The translations under genes were made by a program, and so were the position numbers. Under the pieces are notes generated by a model. It had not been told where the DNA came from, searched no databases, and was given only the letters and a program-made list of their open reading frames with translations. Below, one piece after another: positions 38,775 to 50,438 of a stretch of 64,000 nt of DNA (its first letter is position 1; each line of letters starts with the position of its first letter). The stretch covers positions 13,578,001-13,642,000 of the forward strand of contig NC_043022.1 of the NCBI RefSeq assembly GCF_006345805.1, written 5' to 3'. This DNA is from Octopus sinensis. Lineage: Eukaryota.

Positions 38775-39390
38775 ATATATACGACGGGCTTCTTTCAGTT
38801 TCCGTCTACCAAATCCACTCACAAGGCCTTGGTTGGCCCGAGGCTATAGTAGAAGACACTTTCCCAAGGTGCCACGCAGTGGGACTGAACCCGGAACCAT
38901 GTGGTTGGTAAGCAAGCTACTTATCACACAGCCACTCCTACTCCTGATCCCTCTGTGATCATATTCTGCCAGAGTCAGCTTTGCCTTTGGTCCTTTCTGG
39001 GTCCCAGAAATAAGCACCAGTTGAACCCTGGAATCGATGTAATTGCTTATACCCTTCCAAAATTTCAGGCCTTGTGCCTATATACGACGAGCTTCTTTCA
39101 GTTTCCATCTACCAAATCCACTCACAAGGCCTTGGTTGGCCCGAGGCTATAGTAGAAGACACTTTCCCAAGGTGCCACGCAGTGGGACTGAACCCGGAAC
39201 CATGTGGTTGGTAAGCAAGCTACTTATCACACAGCCACTCCTACTCCTGATCCCTCTGTGATCATATTCTGCCAGAGTCAGCTTTGCATTTGGTCCTTTC
39301 TGGGTCCCTGAAATAAGCACCAATTGAACCCTGGAATCGATGTAATTGCTTATAACCCCTCCTCCAAAATTTCAGACCTTGTGCCTATAG
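38775..39390. repeat. ~303-bp tandem duplication of a SINE 5' half plus flank
   Basis: Identical pseudo-ORF ends at 38958 and 39261; the flank CCTGATCCCTCTGTGATCATATTCTGCC is duplicated. Confidence 0.85.
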
Positions 39391-39970
39391 TAGAAAAAGA
39401 TTATTTATCAGTGGTGGTGGTGGTCATGGTAGTAGTAATTTCTAATTATTGTTAATACTGTTTATTATGTCTGCATTCCCTCCTTCATCGACCAAAACAA
39501 TGAATGGAGATGACTGCAGTCACTTGACCCACTTTCAAAAAGGTAAAAATAAAAACACAGGATGGCGATGGGGACAGAAAAAAAGTGAACACTGGATCAT
39601 GAAATGTTGAAAAAAAAAAACCTTCTCCCCCTTCTGTTAACATATTTTCCTTAAGGTTGGTGTTGGTTTTGAAAATTTAAACACATTCAGTTAACATGAC
39701 TGCTTTTTGCTTTTTCCAGTGAAATGGAAATTAAAAAAAACGTGAGTTACACCTTTTATGGGGGAAGGTAAGGAAGAATAGGTAAGTAGGTCGTCTGGTG
39801 TCACTGTTTGTGATACATGTTATTACTATCACAAACCGTATCATCAAGGTCAATGTGATTGCCTTATGAACACTAAAAACATTTGATGGAGAAGAACTGA
39901 GTCTATTTAATTTACTGCTCAAACAGTTTTATATGATGGTTTCAAATTTTGGCTGAAGGCCAGAACTTAA

Positions 39971-40188
39971 CCCTTTAGTCTTCAGATTATTCCATCAAAC
40001 ATAATGCTTATTGATTCACATTGATTTGAATTAATCATGCATTATCTCATATCTTCACCATCTTGATGATGTAATTACTTAATGTAGAATAACATTGTAG
40101 GGTAGGTGTGAGGGCCTGGATCTGGTCAGTTTGAACGTAAGGCAGATTAAATATTTTGGCCGGATATGGCTGGTTTAAATACTAAGGG
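39971..40188. mobile_element. piggyBac-type MITE
   Basis: TTAA|CCCTTTAGT ... ACTAAGGG|TTAA; inverted homologue of 14252-14470. Confidence 0.8.
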
Positions 40189-40251
40189 TTAAGGGTGTTC
40201 GTTGGTTACAGTAACCCTTCAACATTCAGTTTGCTCTGTCAAATGTTATAT

Positions 40252-41133
40252 ACTATTTTACTTGTTTCAGTCATTTGACTGCGGCCATGCTGGAGCACCG
40301 CCTTTAATCGAGCAACTCGACCCCGGGACTTATTCTTTTGTAAGCCCAGTACTTATTCTATCGGTCTCTTTTTGCCGAACCGCTAAGTAATCGGTACATA
40401 AACACACCAGCATCGGTTGTCAAGCAATGCTAGGGGGTCAAACACACACACGCATATATATATATATACATATATACGACAGGCTTCTTTTCAGTTTCCG
40501 TCTACCAAATCCACTCACAAGGCTTTGGTCGGCCCGAGGCTATAGTAGAAGACGCTTGCCCAAGGTGCCACGCAGTGGGACTGAACCCGGAACCATGTGG
40601 TTGGTAAACAAGCTACTTACCACACAGCCACTCCTGCATATATACGACAGGCTTCTTTTCAGTTTCCATCTATCAAATCCACTCACAAGGCTTTGGTCGG
40701 CCCGAGGCTATAGTAGAAGACACTTGCCCAAGGTGCCACGCAGTGGGACTGAACCCGGAACCATGTGGTTGGTAAACAAGCTACTTACCACACAACCACT
40801 CCTGCATATATACGACAGGCTTCTTTTCAGTTTCCATCTATCAAATCCACTCACAAGGCTTTGGTCAGCCCGAGGCTATAGTGGAAGACACTTACCCAAG
40901 GTGCCACGCAGTGGGACTGAACCCGGAACCATGTGGTTGGTAAACAAGCTACTTACCACACAGCCACTCCTGCATATATACGACAGGCTTCTTTTCAGTT
41001 TCCATCTACCAAATCCACTCACAAGGCTTTGGTCGGCCCGAGGCTATAGTAGAAGACACTTGCCCAAGGTGCCATGCAGTGGGACTGAACCCGGAACCAT
41101 GTGGTTGGTAAACAAGCTACTTACCACTCCTGT
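40252..41133 (-). mobile_element. Family A SINE whose 5' half is tandemly repeated four times (168-bp period)
   Basis: CATATATACGACAGG at 40469, 40637, 40805 and 40973. Confidence 0.9.
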
Positions 41134-41199
41134 GCCTGTTTATGCACATTCTTTTCTGAATTAACCATGCATTATCTCCATAGCTTTGAGATTTTGACA

Positions 41200-41885
41200 A
41201 AGTGACTGTTTAGTTATAGAATGACATTGTAGGCTAGGTATGAGAGGTTGGATATTGCCAGTTTGAATATAAAACAAGTGGAATATTTGGTTTGGCTATT
41301 GCTAATTTAACCCTTTCGTTACTGGGATCTTTACCTTTTGACCTACAGATTTAAAAGATAATTTTTTGTAACTAAACACTTTGAAACTTCGGACACTGGT
41401 AGAATGTGTCATATGAAACATCTTTTACTCTTAGCATTATTGAGAAAAACTTATCTTGACGAAGTAATTTCATGTTAAAGTTGTCCTATTTCGGTAATTT
41501 CAACCAATCAATGACGTGTATTCAGCTGAATAAAATTACTGACGAAGTGACTGTTTAGTTATAGAATGACATTGTAGGCTGGGTATGAGAGGCTGGATCT
41601 TGCCAGTTTGAATATAAAACAAGTGGAATATTTGGTTTGGCTATCGCTAATTTAACCCTTTCGTTACTGGGATCTTTACCTTTTGACCTCCAGATTTATA
41701 AAATAATTTTTTGTAACTAAACACTTTGAAACTTCGGACACTGGTAGAATGTGTCATATGAAACATCTTTTACTCTTAGCATTATTGAGAAAAACTTATA
41801 TTTACGAAGTAATTTCACGTTAAAGTAGTCCTCTTTGGGTAATTTCAACCAATCAAAGACGTGTATTCAGCTGAATAAAATTACT
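41200..41885. repeat. 345-bp tandem duplication made of two piggyBac-type MITE fragments
   Basis: AAGTGACTGTTTAGTTATAG at 41200 and 41545; TTAACCCTTTCGTTAC occurs in both copies. Confidence 0.85.
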
Positions 41886-42024
41886 GCCATTGCTTGTCAA
41901 CAAGAACTTCCAGCGGTATATTTTTCGTTTTCACTTCCTCGTCACTGGAATAATGTTTGTCTCTCAAATCCTCTTTTGGGGTACCGAAGAGATGATAGTC
42001 TGAAGGCGCTAAATCTGGTGAGTG

Positions 42025-42256
42025 TGGAAGTAGTGAGGAAGTGGCTCAAAGAACAGTCAACAGAATTTTACGGGGCAGGATACGTGCTCTCATTCAAAGG
42101 TGGAACATTGCTATTGAGAGAAACGGTGACTGTGTTGAGAAGTAGGGATGTGATCCACAGAGGACCAGCTTCATTTTGATGTGTGATACATGTTCCTGTG
42201 TTGGTAATTACACCTGTCCTAAACAAAATGGCATTACTTTTTCACTCACTTTCATA
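42025..42256 (+). mobile_element. mariner transposase C-terminal fragment with 3' terminal repeat
   Basis: EVVRKWLKEQSTEFY..G, then (frameshift) ALIQRWNIAIERNGD.VEK*, is the typical mariner C-terminus; ends GGCATTACTTTTTCACTCAC..TA. Confidence 0.7.
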
Positions 42257-42309
42257 GTTTACTGGGTTAGGGTTAGAAAATAAAGTATATTTTATCTTTC
42301 ATCTTTTCA

Positions 42310-43480
42310 TCTTTTGAGGACGGTGATGCGTATGGTCAAGGACAGCTGTGTGAAGAAGTATTGATCTCTAACGGTGGAGTGGAACCTGTGGAAGAAGTAG
42401 ACATAGGACGAGGTAGTGAAGCGTAACGGTGGAGGGAACCTGTGGAAGAGGTAGATCCAGGAAGACACAGGACGAGGTAGTGAAGCGTAACGGTGGAGGG
42501 AACCTGTGGAAGAGGTAGATCCAGGAAGACACAGGACGAGGTAGTGAAGCGTAACGGTGGAGGGAACCTGTGGAAGAGGTAGATCCAGGAAGACACAGGA
42601 CGAGGTAGTGGAGGGAACCTGTGGAAGAGGTAGATCCAGGAAGACACAGGACGAGGTAGTGAAGCGTAACGGTGGAGGGAACCTGTGGAAGAGATAGATC
42701 CAGGAAGACACAGGACGAGGTAGTGAAGCGTAACGGTGGAGGGAACCTGTGGACGAGGTAGATCCAGAAAGACATAGGACGAGGTTGTGGGCATGACAGA
42801 GGCAATGACAAGTAACCAAGACCTTTGGCAATATCCTGTGCTTGAGAAGACCTGCCAAGCCAAGGGAAATTGCAGTCGTGGTCGACACCAGTGTCACATA
42901 ACTGGCACCCATGTTATGGCATGTAAAAAGCACCCTTCGTGTGTTGGGTGATATGCCGTGCTTGAGAAAACCCGTCAAGCCAAGGGAAATTGCAGCTGTG
43001 GCTGATGCTAGTGTTGTGTAACCGACACCCATACTGGTGACACGTAGAAAGCACCCTTTGAACATTGGGCCTCTTGAACGCAAAAAAATCAATGTGGATG
43101 GTGAGGGAAGTTTTGAAATATAGATTTTTTGGCATAAGACCCATACCCTGCAGTAGAAATGTTAAAAACTGATCCCACTGGTGGTGTAAAGCACTCGTGG
43201 CGGTGCCGCACAAAAGCGTCCTGCAGCGCTTCATAAAATTTCCCTGTGGCGTCACATGAAAGGGCCTGTGCCGTAAAAGCGCCCGTGTAGCTCCACGTCA
43301 AAGCGCCCGTGCGGTGCGACATAAAAGTGCCCTGCTCACTCTGTTGAGTGGTTGACTTTAGGAAGGGCATCCAGCCGTAGAAACTGAGCCAAATTAGACT
43401 GGAGTTTGGTGCAGCTCCCCATCTCATCAGCTCTGGTCAAACCGTCTAACTCATGCCAGCATGGACAACGGACGTTAAAT
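42310..43480 (+). mobile_element. RTE LINE 3' end containing a 64-bp minisatellite (~42370-42790)
   Basis: Unit starts at 42421, 42485, 42549, 42664 (after a 13-nt-deleted unit) and 42728; ends GGACGTTAAATGATGA. Confidence 0.85.
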
Positions 43481-45530
43481 GATGAATCGGAATTGCAGAT
43501 GCCGAAAATGACGAAGTCTGGGAAAAAAGAAATTTTAAACACCTCCTCTCCAGCCACCGATTGTCAAACCCAAAGACACACACACTCACACACGTATAAT
43601 GGGCTTCCACTCAGTTTCCACTACAAGACTCACTTACAAGGCATTGGTCAGCCTGGGTTATAATAGTAGAAGACACTTTCCCGGGGTGCCGCGCAATATG
43701 TTGGTAAAAAGTCCCTGGCACAATCCTAGAATCCACAATTGAAAAGATCCCTTTTTTACCCTCCGAATTTCACAAATTTATTATTTCCGTCTTAATTTTT
43801 TTTATTTATAGCTGGATGGCTATAGAATATCAGTTTGGCTTTTTATATTTACATCGTAAAATACTTATGGTCATAACTTAGTGGTTCAGCAAAAAGGGAC
43901 TGATAAAATAAGTACTAGGCTTACAAAAAATAAGTCCTAGGGTCGATTTGCTCGACTAAAAGGCGGTGCTCCAGCATGGCCACAGTCAAATGACTGAAAC
44001 AAGTAAAAGAGTATATAACAAAATAACAAAATATATCAAAAAATCCTTCTTTCAGCAAGCATTTTGACCATGTTAAATTATCGACAGCACGACGCATTCT
44101 TTTCCCTCTCATTAGAATCATGAAATACAATCCCAAGATACTCTAAAACTCAACATAAACACGTACTGAAGTCCGCTCCCATTCTATTGTGTTGTAAACA
44201 TATGCCATATGTGTTATTCTTCGTCGACCTGAGACCTCAAGTGCTTATGGTCCTAGATGTCGTCGTACGTCAGCCTTTAAGGTCAAGAACGTACGTTATC
44301 TCGTCGTACGTTCTTTTTATTCAAGATGTTAGGCTGAGTGAAAGCAGTAAAATGTAATCTAAGCAAGCAATGGTTACTACCATCCATTTACTAGTTTCCT
44401 TTTCCTTTCTACTTCACACACACACACACACTCAGGTTATCCATTACATTGTCTCGAAAGAAAATGTAGACAAAGTAAAAGTATACACACAAACATTCAT
44501 CATAAAATGAAAAAGTCCTGTGTTTAGAGTTTTGAATACGAAGTCATTTAAAAGACATTATTACAATTTGGCGCCCCATTTCATTCATTTCTTTATAGCT
44601 TTTGGAAATAAACAAATGTTTTAAACAAAATTTTGCCGAGGTTTTATACAGTTTGCTAGATGAAGACATGAAAAAGAAAGCAGTTGGTAGATATCAGATA
44701 CTGTTTTAAAACAGCGGATACAACAATACCATGTTATCTAGGTTAAAAGAAGTGTCTCCTTTTTGTGCATCTAACAAACACGTTATTGGGATTGTGTATT
44801 CAACTTAAAGGCGACGAACTGATAGGATTGTTAGTACAAAATGCTTAGCGGCTTTATTTCGAATGCTGCAGAAATCGATTTACTTTCATCCTTTCGCAGT
44901 CAATAAAATAAAGTACTAAATCAATTACTGGTGGTAATATCCTGTACTTGAGAAGATGTAATCGGCTTCCCCACTTTTCATTCTATCGGTTCTTTTGCCG
45001 AACCGCTAAGTTACGGGGACGTAAGCACACCAACATCGGTTGCCAAGCGATGGTGGGGTGATATATCTCTACATGGGATCCTGACACAAGCTCCCTGGGA
45101 CAAAAGCCCCACGGTTATATTTTTTCGGTTACTTTTTCGTTTTCTTCACCTTTTACTTGTTTTAGTCATTAGATTGTGGTCATGCTGGGGCATCACCTTG
45201 AAGAATTTTTAGTTGAATGTATCTGTCCCAGAATTTTTTTATTTTTCATTTGTTGTAATTAGACTGCAGCCGGCTATGCTGGGGCACCGCCTTGAGGAAC
45301 TTTTAGATGGTTGTATGGAACCCAGAACCTTTTTTAGGTGATTTTCAACCAGTACATAAAAAGTTAAGCCAAGAAGGCCAAGAAGTATGTGGAGCACATA
45401 CAAGAAATAACAGTCAAATCTTTAAAATCGTTTGTTATTTTTTATATAACAATTGCAGCGTGGAAGGTGTTTGTAAGCCATTTAAGAAACACACAAAAGC
45501 CGTTCGATTCACTTCAACATTTAAGTTTAA

Positions 45531-45581
45531 TTTGTCAAAATATTTTCGTCGCTTTAAGACCGCGACCTGTTCACTGACAAA
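45531..45581 (-). ncRNA. Minimal type I hammerhead ribozyme fold with G3-C8 core swap, within a probable Penelope-like repeat fragment (~45310-45600)
   Basis: Minus strand reads TTTGTCA-GTGAACA-G-GTCGC-ggtcttaaa-GCGAC-GAA-AATATT-T-TGACAAA: 7-bp stem I, 5-bp stem II and a palindromic stem III. The Penelope assignment is inference. Confidence 0.65.
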
Positions 45582-45601
45582 AATCCGTGCTGCATCTGAT
45601 A

Positions 45602-45998
45602 TCTTTATATATAAAAGTGAAGTTGTGTGTCTGTCTCCTACGATTTAGATTCCTAACTACTCCCACATTTTGCGGTGCAGTTTAACCAAAACCGGGTATC
45701 TTATAGTCGTGATTCATATCGAGCCCTTCTGGGTATTAGCGCGCGTCTACGGTGAGTCTACGATTTAAAAAAAAATTTACCATCATTTTTTTCCATTTTA
45801 ATGCATTTTTCGCTATTATATAAGGGAAGTAACTCTCTAAAAATGTCTACGATGAATCAACGATTAAAAAAAAAATTTACCATCATTTTTTTTCCATTTT
45901 TAATGCATTTTTTTCCTATTTTTTTGGCTATAACTCTCTAAAAATGCTTATATAGTTATTTCCCTTACAAGCCGAGCAACGCCGGGCGATACTGCTAA
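45602..45998 (+). mobile_element. Non-autonomous Helitron
   Basis: A|TC 5' end (TCTTTATATATAAAA..GTGTGTCTGTCT), subterminal CCGAGCAACGCCGGG hairpin, and CTAA|T (CTRR) 3' end between A and T. Confidence 0.8.
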
Positions 45999-46383
45999 TA
46001 TTTATATAATTTCACGTAAACAAAAACGGAAATCGCGGTTGTAAAAAAAAACAAAATAACTAATTATTTTCCAAAATTCTAATTTTTAAAGTAAACAAAA
46101 TATATTCAATTGGAAATAATTAAGTAGAATAAAGTAACAGAAGACGAAACTCTTTTACTACCCAATGTACGTATTGTCTGAGTTCTAACAAAAGAGAAAG
46201 CATTTACTTCAAGAAATGTGTAGAAACATAAAAACGATAAGAAATACAATTGAATGACTAGCATTCGGCGCCATAATTTTGTTAGACCTTGAACGGCCGG
46301 AGAAAGTTCAAAAGGTCAGCTTATTTCTCTTTAATCTGTAAATGCCGAGAGAAGAAAACAAAAAAACTCTTTACCCTATCTTT

Positions 46384-46757
46384 CTCTTTTACTTGTTTCA
46401 GTCATTTGACTGCGGCCATGCTGGAGCACCGCCTTTAGTCGAGCAAATCGACCCCGGGACTTATTCTTTGTAAGCCTAGTACTTATTCTATCGGTGTCTT
46501 TTGCCGAACCGCTAAGTGACGGGGACGTATACAAGCATCGGTTGTCAAGCGATGTTGGGGGACAAACTCAGACACACAAACACATATACACACATATATA
46601 TATATACGACGGGCTTCTTTCAGTTTCCAGCTACCAAATCCACTCACAAGGCTTTGGTCGACCTGAGGCTACAGTAGAAGACACTTGCCCAAGTGGGACT
46701 AAACCGGGAACCATGTGGTGATAAGCAAGCTACTTACCATACAGCCACTCCTGCGCC
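46384..46757 (-). mobile_element. Family A SINE
   Basis: Tail-to-head match with the other copies. Confidence 0.9.
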
Positions 46758-48079
46758 CAATATATATATATATATACATATACATACCATACATACATAC
46801 ATATATATATATATACTTACACACACACACATTCCAGTACTACCTTTGTGGACCACAAGCTGGGAACCACTGGAGTATATACTATTAAACATGGTCGTCT
46901 GCCATCAATGATTCAATAGATTTAAAGTAGACAAATCAACGAGCTTTATTCTAGGTCATTGTCATTTCATATTGCTGAAAGCAAGTGTTGTCATAGTTGT
47001 CATAGTTATTTAGTTATTTAGAAAATATAAGACATAGAAATATCCTGGAAACAAAATTGTGATTGCGTTATGTATTAATATAATCTGGATTTATTTAATT
47101 TTATTTTAATATAATGGTTTAATTTATTATTGAATAATGAAAAAAATAATTTTATAAATGTAATATTTTGGGAGTTTACTCCAGAAAAAATATTCATTGA
47201 ATAATAATTGTTATTTTTTTTAAAATCTTAATAAAAACAATTGTTTCTGATTTAGGCACAAATCTAGAAAGTTCTTTGCTGGAGGCGGTAGTCAAAACCT
47301 CGGTTCTTGACTGGGACTTATATATTATCAGTCCCAAAAGGATGAAAAGTTAAAGATGACTTTGGTGGGAAGTGAACTGATAACATATTGAGCTCGAACG
47401 AAAATGGCTTAAGATCTTAGTACAGAAACAATTTTTTATGAGGGATTAGTTGATTATATCTACTGCAGTGCTCAACTGGTACTTATCGACCAAACTGGGT
47501 AGAAGATAAACTTGACCCTGGCGAAATATGAACTCAGAACATGATGAGTCGGAGAAAATGCTGTCAAACATTTTGTCCGACGCACTGACGATTCTGCCAA
47601 CTCGCCGAATTAAGGTTAATAATAATATTCTCTTAAAATCCCATTTTGGCACATGGCCAGCAGATTTTGAGGGACAGGGGTGAAAAGTCGATGACTGGAA
47701 CTTTATTTCATCGACCCCGAAAGGACGAACGGTAAAAATAAGCTCGGAGCCATTTGGACTCGGTATTTTGTCTGTTGCGCCAACGAATTCCGCCGTAATG
47801 ATAATTATCTAACCGCATGGTTTAATTACACGAAACGACCATTAAAATATCAAGTGTCAACATGACATCTTGTGTGTTATCGTGTAAGAGAATAAAAGAA
47901 TGAACACACGCATACACACACACACCCTACTATTATGCATTCGCGGCAAGTTGTCATGTATGAGTAGGTGTGTTTGCTCCATCGCATTCGTTTTATTTCT
48001 CTCCTATAGCATACAATTTTAGCCAGCTCCTTAGCACTTCTAAAGAGAGATGCGATATATATATATATATGTATATATA

Positions 48080-48300
48080 TAGTAGTCCCTCGCCATATTG
48101 CGGTTTACCTATCGAGGTTTATTATTTAAGCTTATGTTGATTCCTCCGTGGTGTTGTTTTGGATTTATAATAAAATAAATATGTACAAATTATAAAAATA
48201 ATAGAAAAGAAATATAGTGCAGTACTGTTTCTACTTCGCGGATATTCACCTATCGCGGGGGTTTTGGAACGTAACACCCGCGGTAGTCGAGGGATTACTA
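48080..48300. mobile_element. Tigger/pogo-type MITE
   Basis: Terminal inverted repeats TAGTAGTCCCTCG / CGAGGGATTACTA in TA context. Confidence 0.7.
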
Positions 48301-48667
48301 TGTGTGTGTGTGTATATATATATATATGTCTATTATATATATATATATATGTGTGTATATTATATATATATATTTATATAGATCGATGAGTAGCGTTTAT
48401 TTGAATCTCTCCGTCTCTCTCTATATAGCACAACTGTTTTGGATAGAGAGAGATATTTGTGGGTGTGTGATAGAAAGAAAGATAGATATAGGTCGATAGA
48501 TAGACATAGAGCGATGTGTGAGTGGACGATAGACAGAGAGAGAGAGAGAGAGAGAGAGAGTGAGAAGGGGAAAGAAACGTGTGAGTATGATAGAAAGAAA
48601 GAAAAAGAGATACGTGAGTGTGTGTGTGAGAGATGAAGAGAGATAAGCACGTGCGAGTGCGTGATAG

Positions 48668-48699
<32 letters not shown>

Positions 48700-48801
48700 T
48701 GAGAGGGGGAAGAAACGTGTGAGTATGATAGAAAGAAAGAAAAAGAGATACGTGAGTGTGTGAGAGACGAAGAGAGATAAGCGCGTGCGAGTGCGCGATA
48801 G

Positions 48802-48834
<33 letters not shown>

Positions 48835-49087
48835 AAGTCGCGTTCGTTTGAACTCTCTCTCGTCCTCACACTTTTACCTCCGCCACCTCCCTCCCTCCCC
48901 TTCTCACCACCTGATGGATTGTCGTTGGTATTTTAATATGGAGAGATGAGATGATTAGACATTCAAAATGACAATCCCGAAATAAACATAAAATGTTTCA
49001 AACTCGGCCGCACCTTTACATATTTTTTCCGAAAGCCAAAACTTCTAGTTTGAACATAACATTTTTTTTTTTTTTTTCCAACTCACG

Positions 49088-49309
49088 CGGAAGTCGTCGG
49101 AAAGGGACAAGGGCGTTGCCCTTGACCTTATCTGAATAAACCCTTCAAAGGAAAGAAAAAAATAATAACAGAGCGTAAAACAGAAACTAAATACTATGAC
49201 ATTTACGCTGGTACCATATATTATATGCTCATTCACATTTACACCTCGATAAATATTGGTAGATAATAGTAAATATTAGTAAATAAGAGCCACGAATTCT
49301 GGCGGGAAA
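49088..49309. promoter_or_regulatory. Candidate promoter motifs (ETS CGGAAGT 49088-49094; E2F TGGCGGGAAA 49300-49309)
   Basis: Motif matches in a locally CpG-rich, SINE-free stretch; no transcript evidence. Confidence 0.3.
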
Positions 49310-50064
49310 TCTGATTTTCATGGGAAATGTCAATCAAGGGAGGTAATAACCCTCTTCTTTAATTTTATTCCAACGACCTGCGACCCGTTTCTTGCAAAGG
49401 GTTGCTCATGTCTACTGTAGTATTTCCAACCAACATGGAACTTCCATGTGGTCGACCTATGAGCTAGAAACAGCAGAAGAACTCTTGAATCACTCGTATT
49501 TGTCGAAAATAAGGCGAATACAAAAGTTGCCGAATAATGTATTCAACAATATTCAGTACATAATGCCGGCTAGGCTTAATTTACAAATAAATTTTCATTC
49601 TACATAAGTAATGAGCTATTAAGGCATCTTAACAATGCATCTTTTTTTTTAAAGATTTAATATCATCCATTAAGAGAATAAAACTTATTTTCGTTATAAT
49701 ACTTCTTCTTTCTACTATTTCGCCCTTAAAATTTCAGGTTTTGTCTCTGTACATAAGGTCTGAAAGCATAGGGGAGGAGATCAATAGATTACATTGACTC
49801 CAGGGTTCAACTGATAATTATATTGACCCTTAACAAGTTTGACATAAGCGGTGTAATATCTTTAAACTATAAGACGGCGAGCTGGCAGAAACTTTAGCAC
49901 ACCGGGCGAAATGCTTAGTGGTGTTTCATCTGTCTTTACATTTTGAGTTCAAATTCCAGCTCTTAGAAAGAACCTTCCTTGCTCGTAGACTTTGCATCAG
50001 AACTTGCTCATTAAACATAGGAAGGATCAGCCACGAGAGAAGCTGCAGGTACCTAAAACTACGA

Positions 50065-50297
50065 GTACTACTAAAGAAGAGTGGTCCCGTGCGCGCACTC
50101 GCGTAGCCGCGCTAGCTAGTCGTGACTAGTGGGTCTTTACTTTTGTGGTTTTGTATTTTATTTACTTTGTTTAAAACAAATTATTTACTTCGTGTAAAAA
50201 AAATATTTATTCTGTGTTTTATTTACTTTGCTATGTAGTCGTTGTAGGATCCTGTAGTGCGGATGCGCGCAACGGGACCCCTCTTTTTAAGTAGTAC
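50065..50297. mobile_element. MITE with ~33-bp terminal inverted repeats
   Basis: GTACTACTAAAGAAGAGTGGTCCCGTGCGCGCA versus TGCGCGCAACGGGACCCCTCTTTTTAAGTAGTAC. Confidence 0.75.
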
Positions 50298-50438
50298 CTA
50301 TTTCTTTACTACCCACAAGGGGCTAAACATAGAGGGGACAAACAAGGACACACAAACGGATTAAGTCGATTACATCGACCCCAGTGCGTGACTGGTACTT
50401 AATTTATCGACCCCGAAACGATAAAAGGCAAAGTCGAC
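50298..50438 (-). mobile_element. 5'-truncated family B SINE with 15-bp target-site duplication
   Basis: CTTTTTAAGTAGTAC at 50283-50297 and 50439-50453. Confidence 0.85.

Noticed and set aside
40427-43092. 245-aa and 261/175/147-aa repetitive ORFs
   Set aside because: They arise from the 168-bp SINE tandem and the 64-bp LINE minisatellite.
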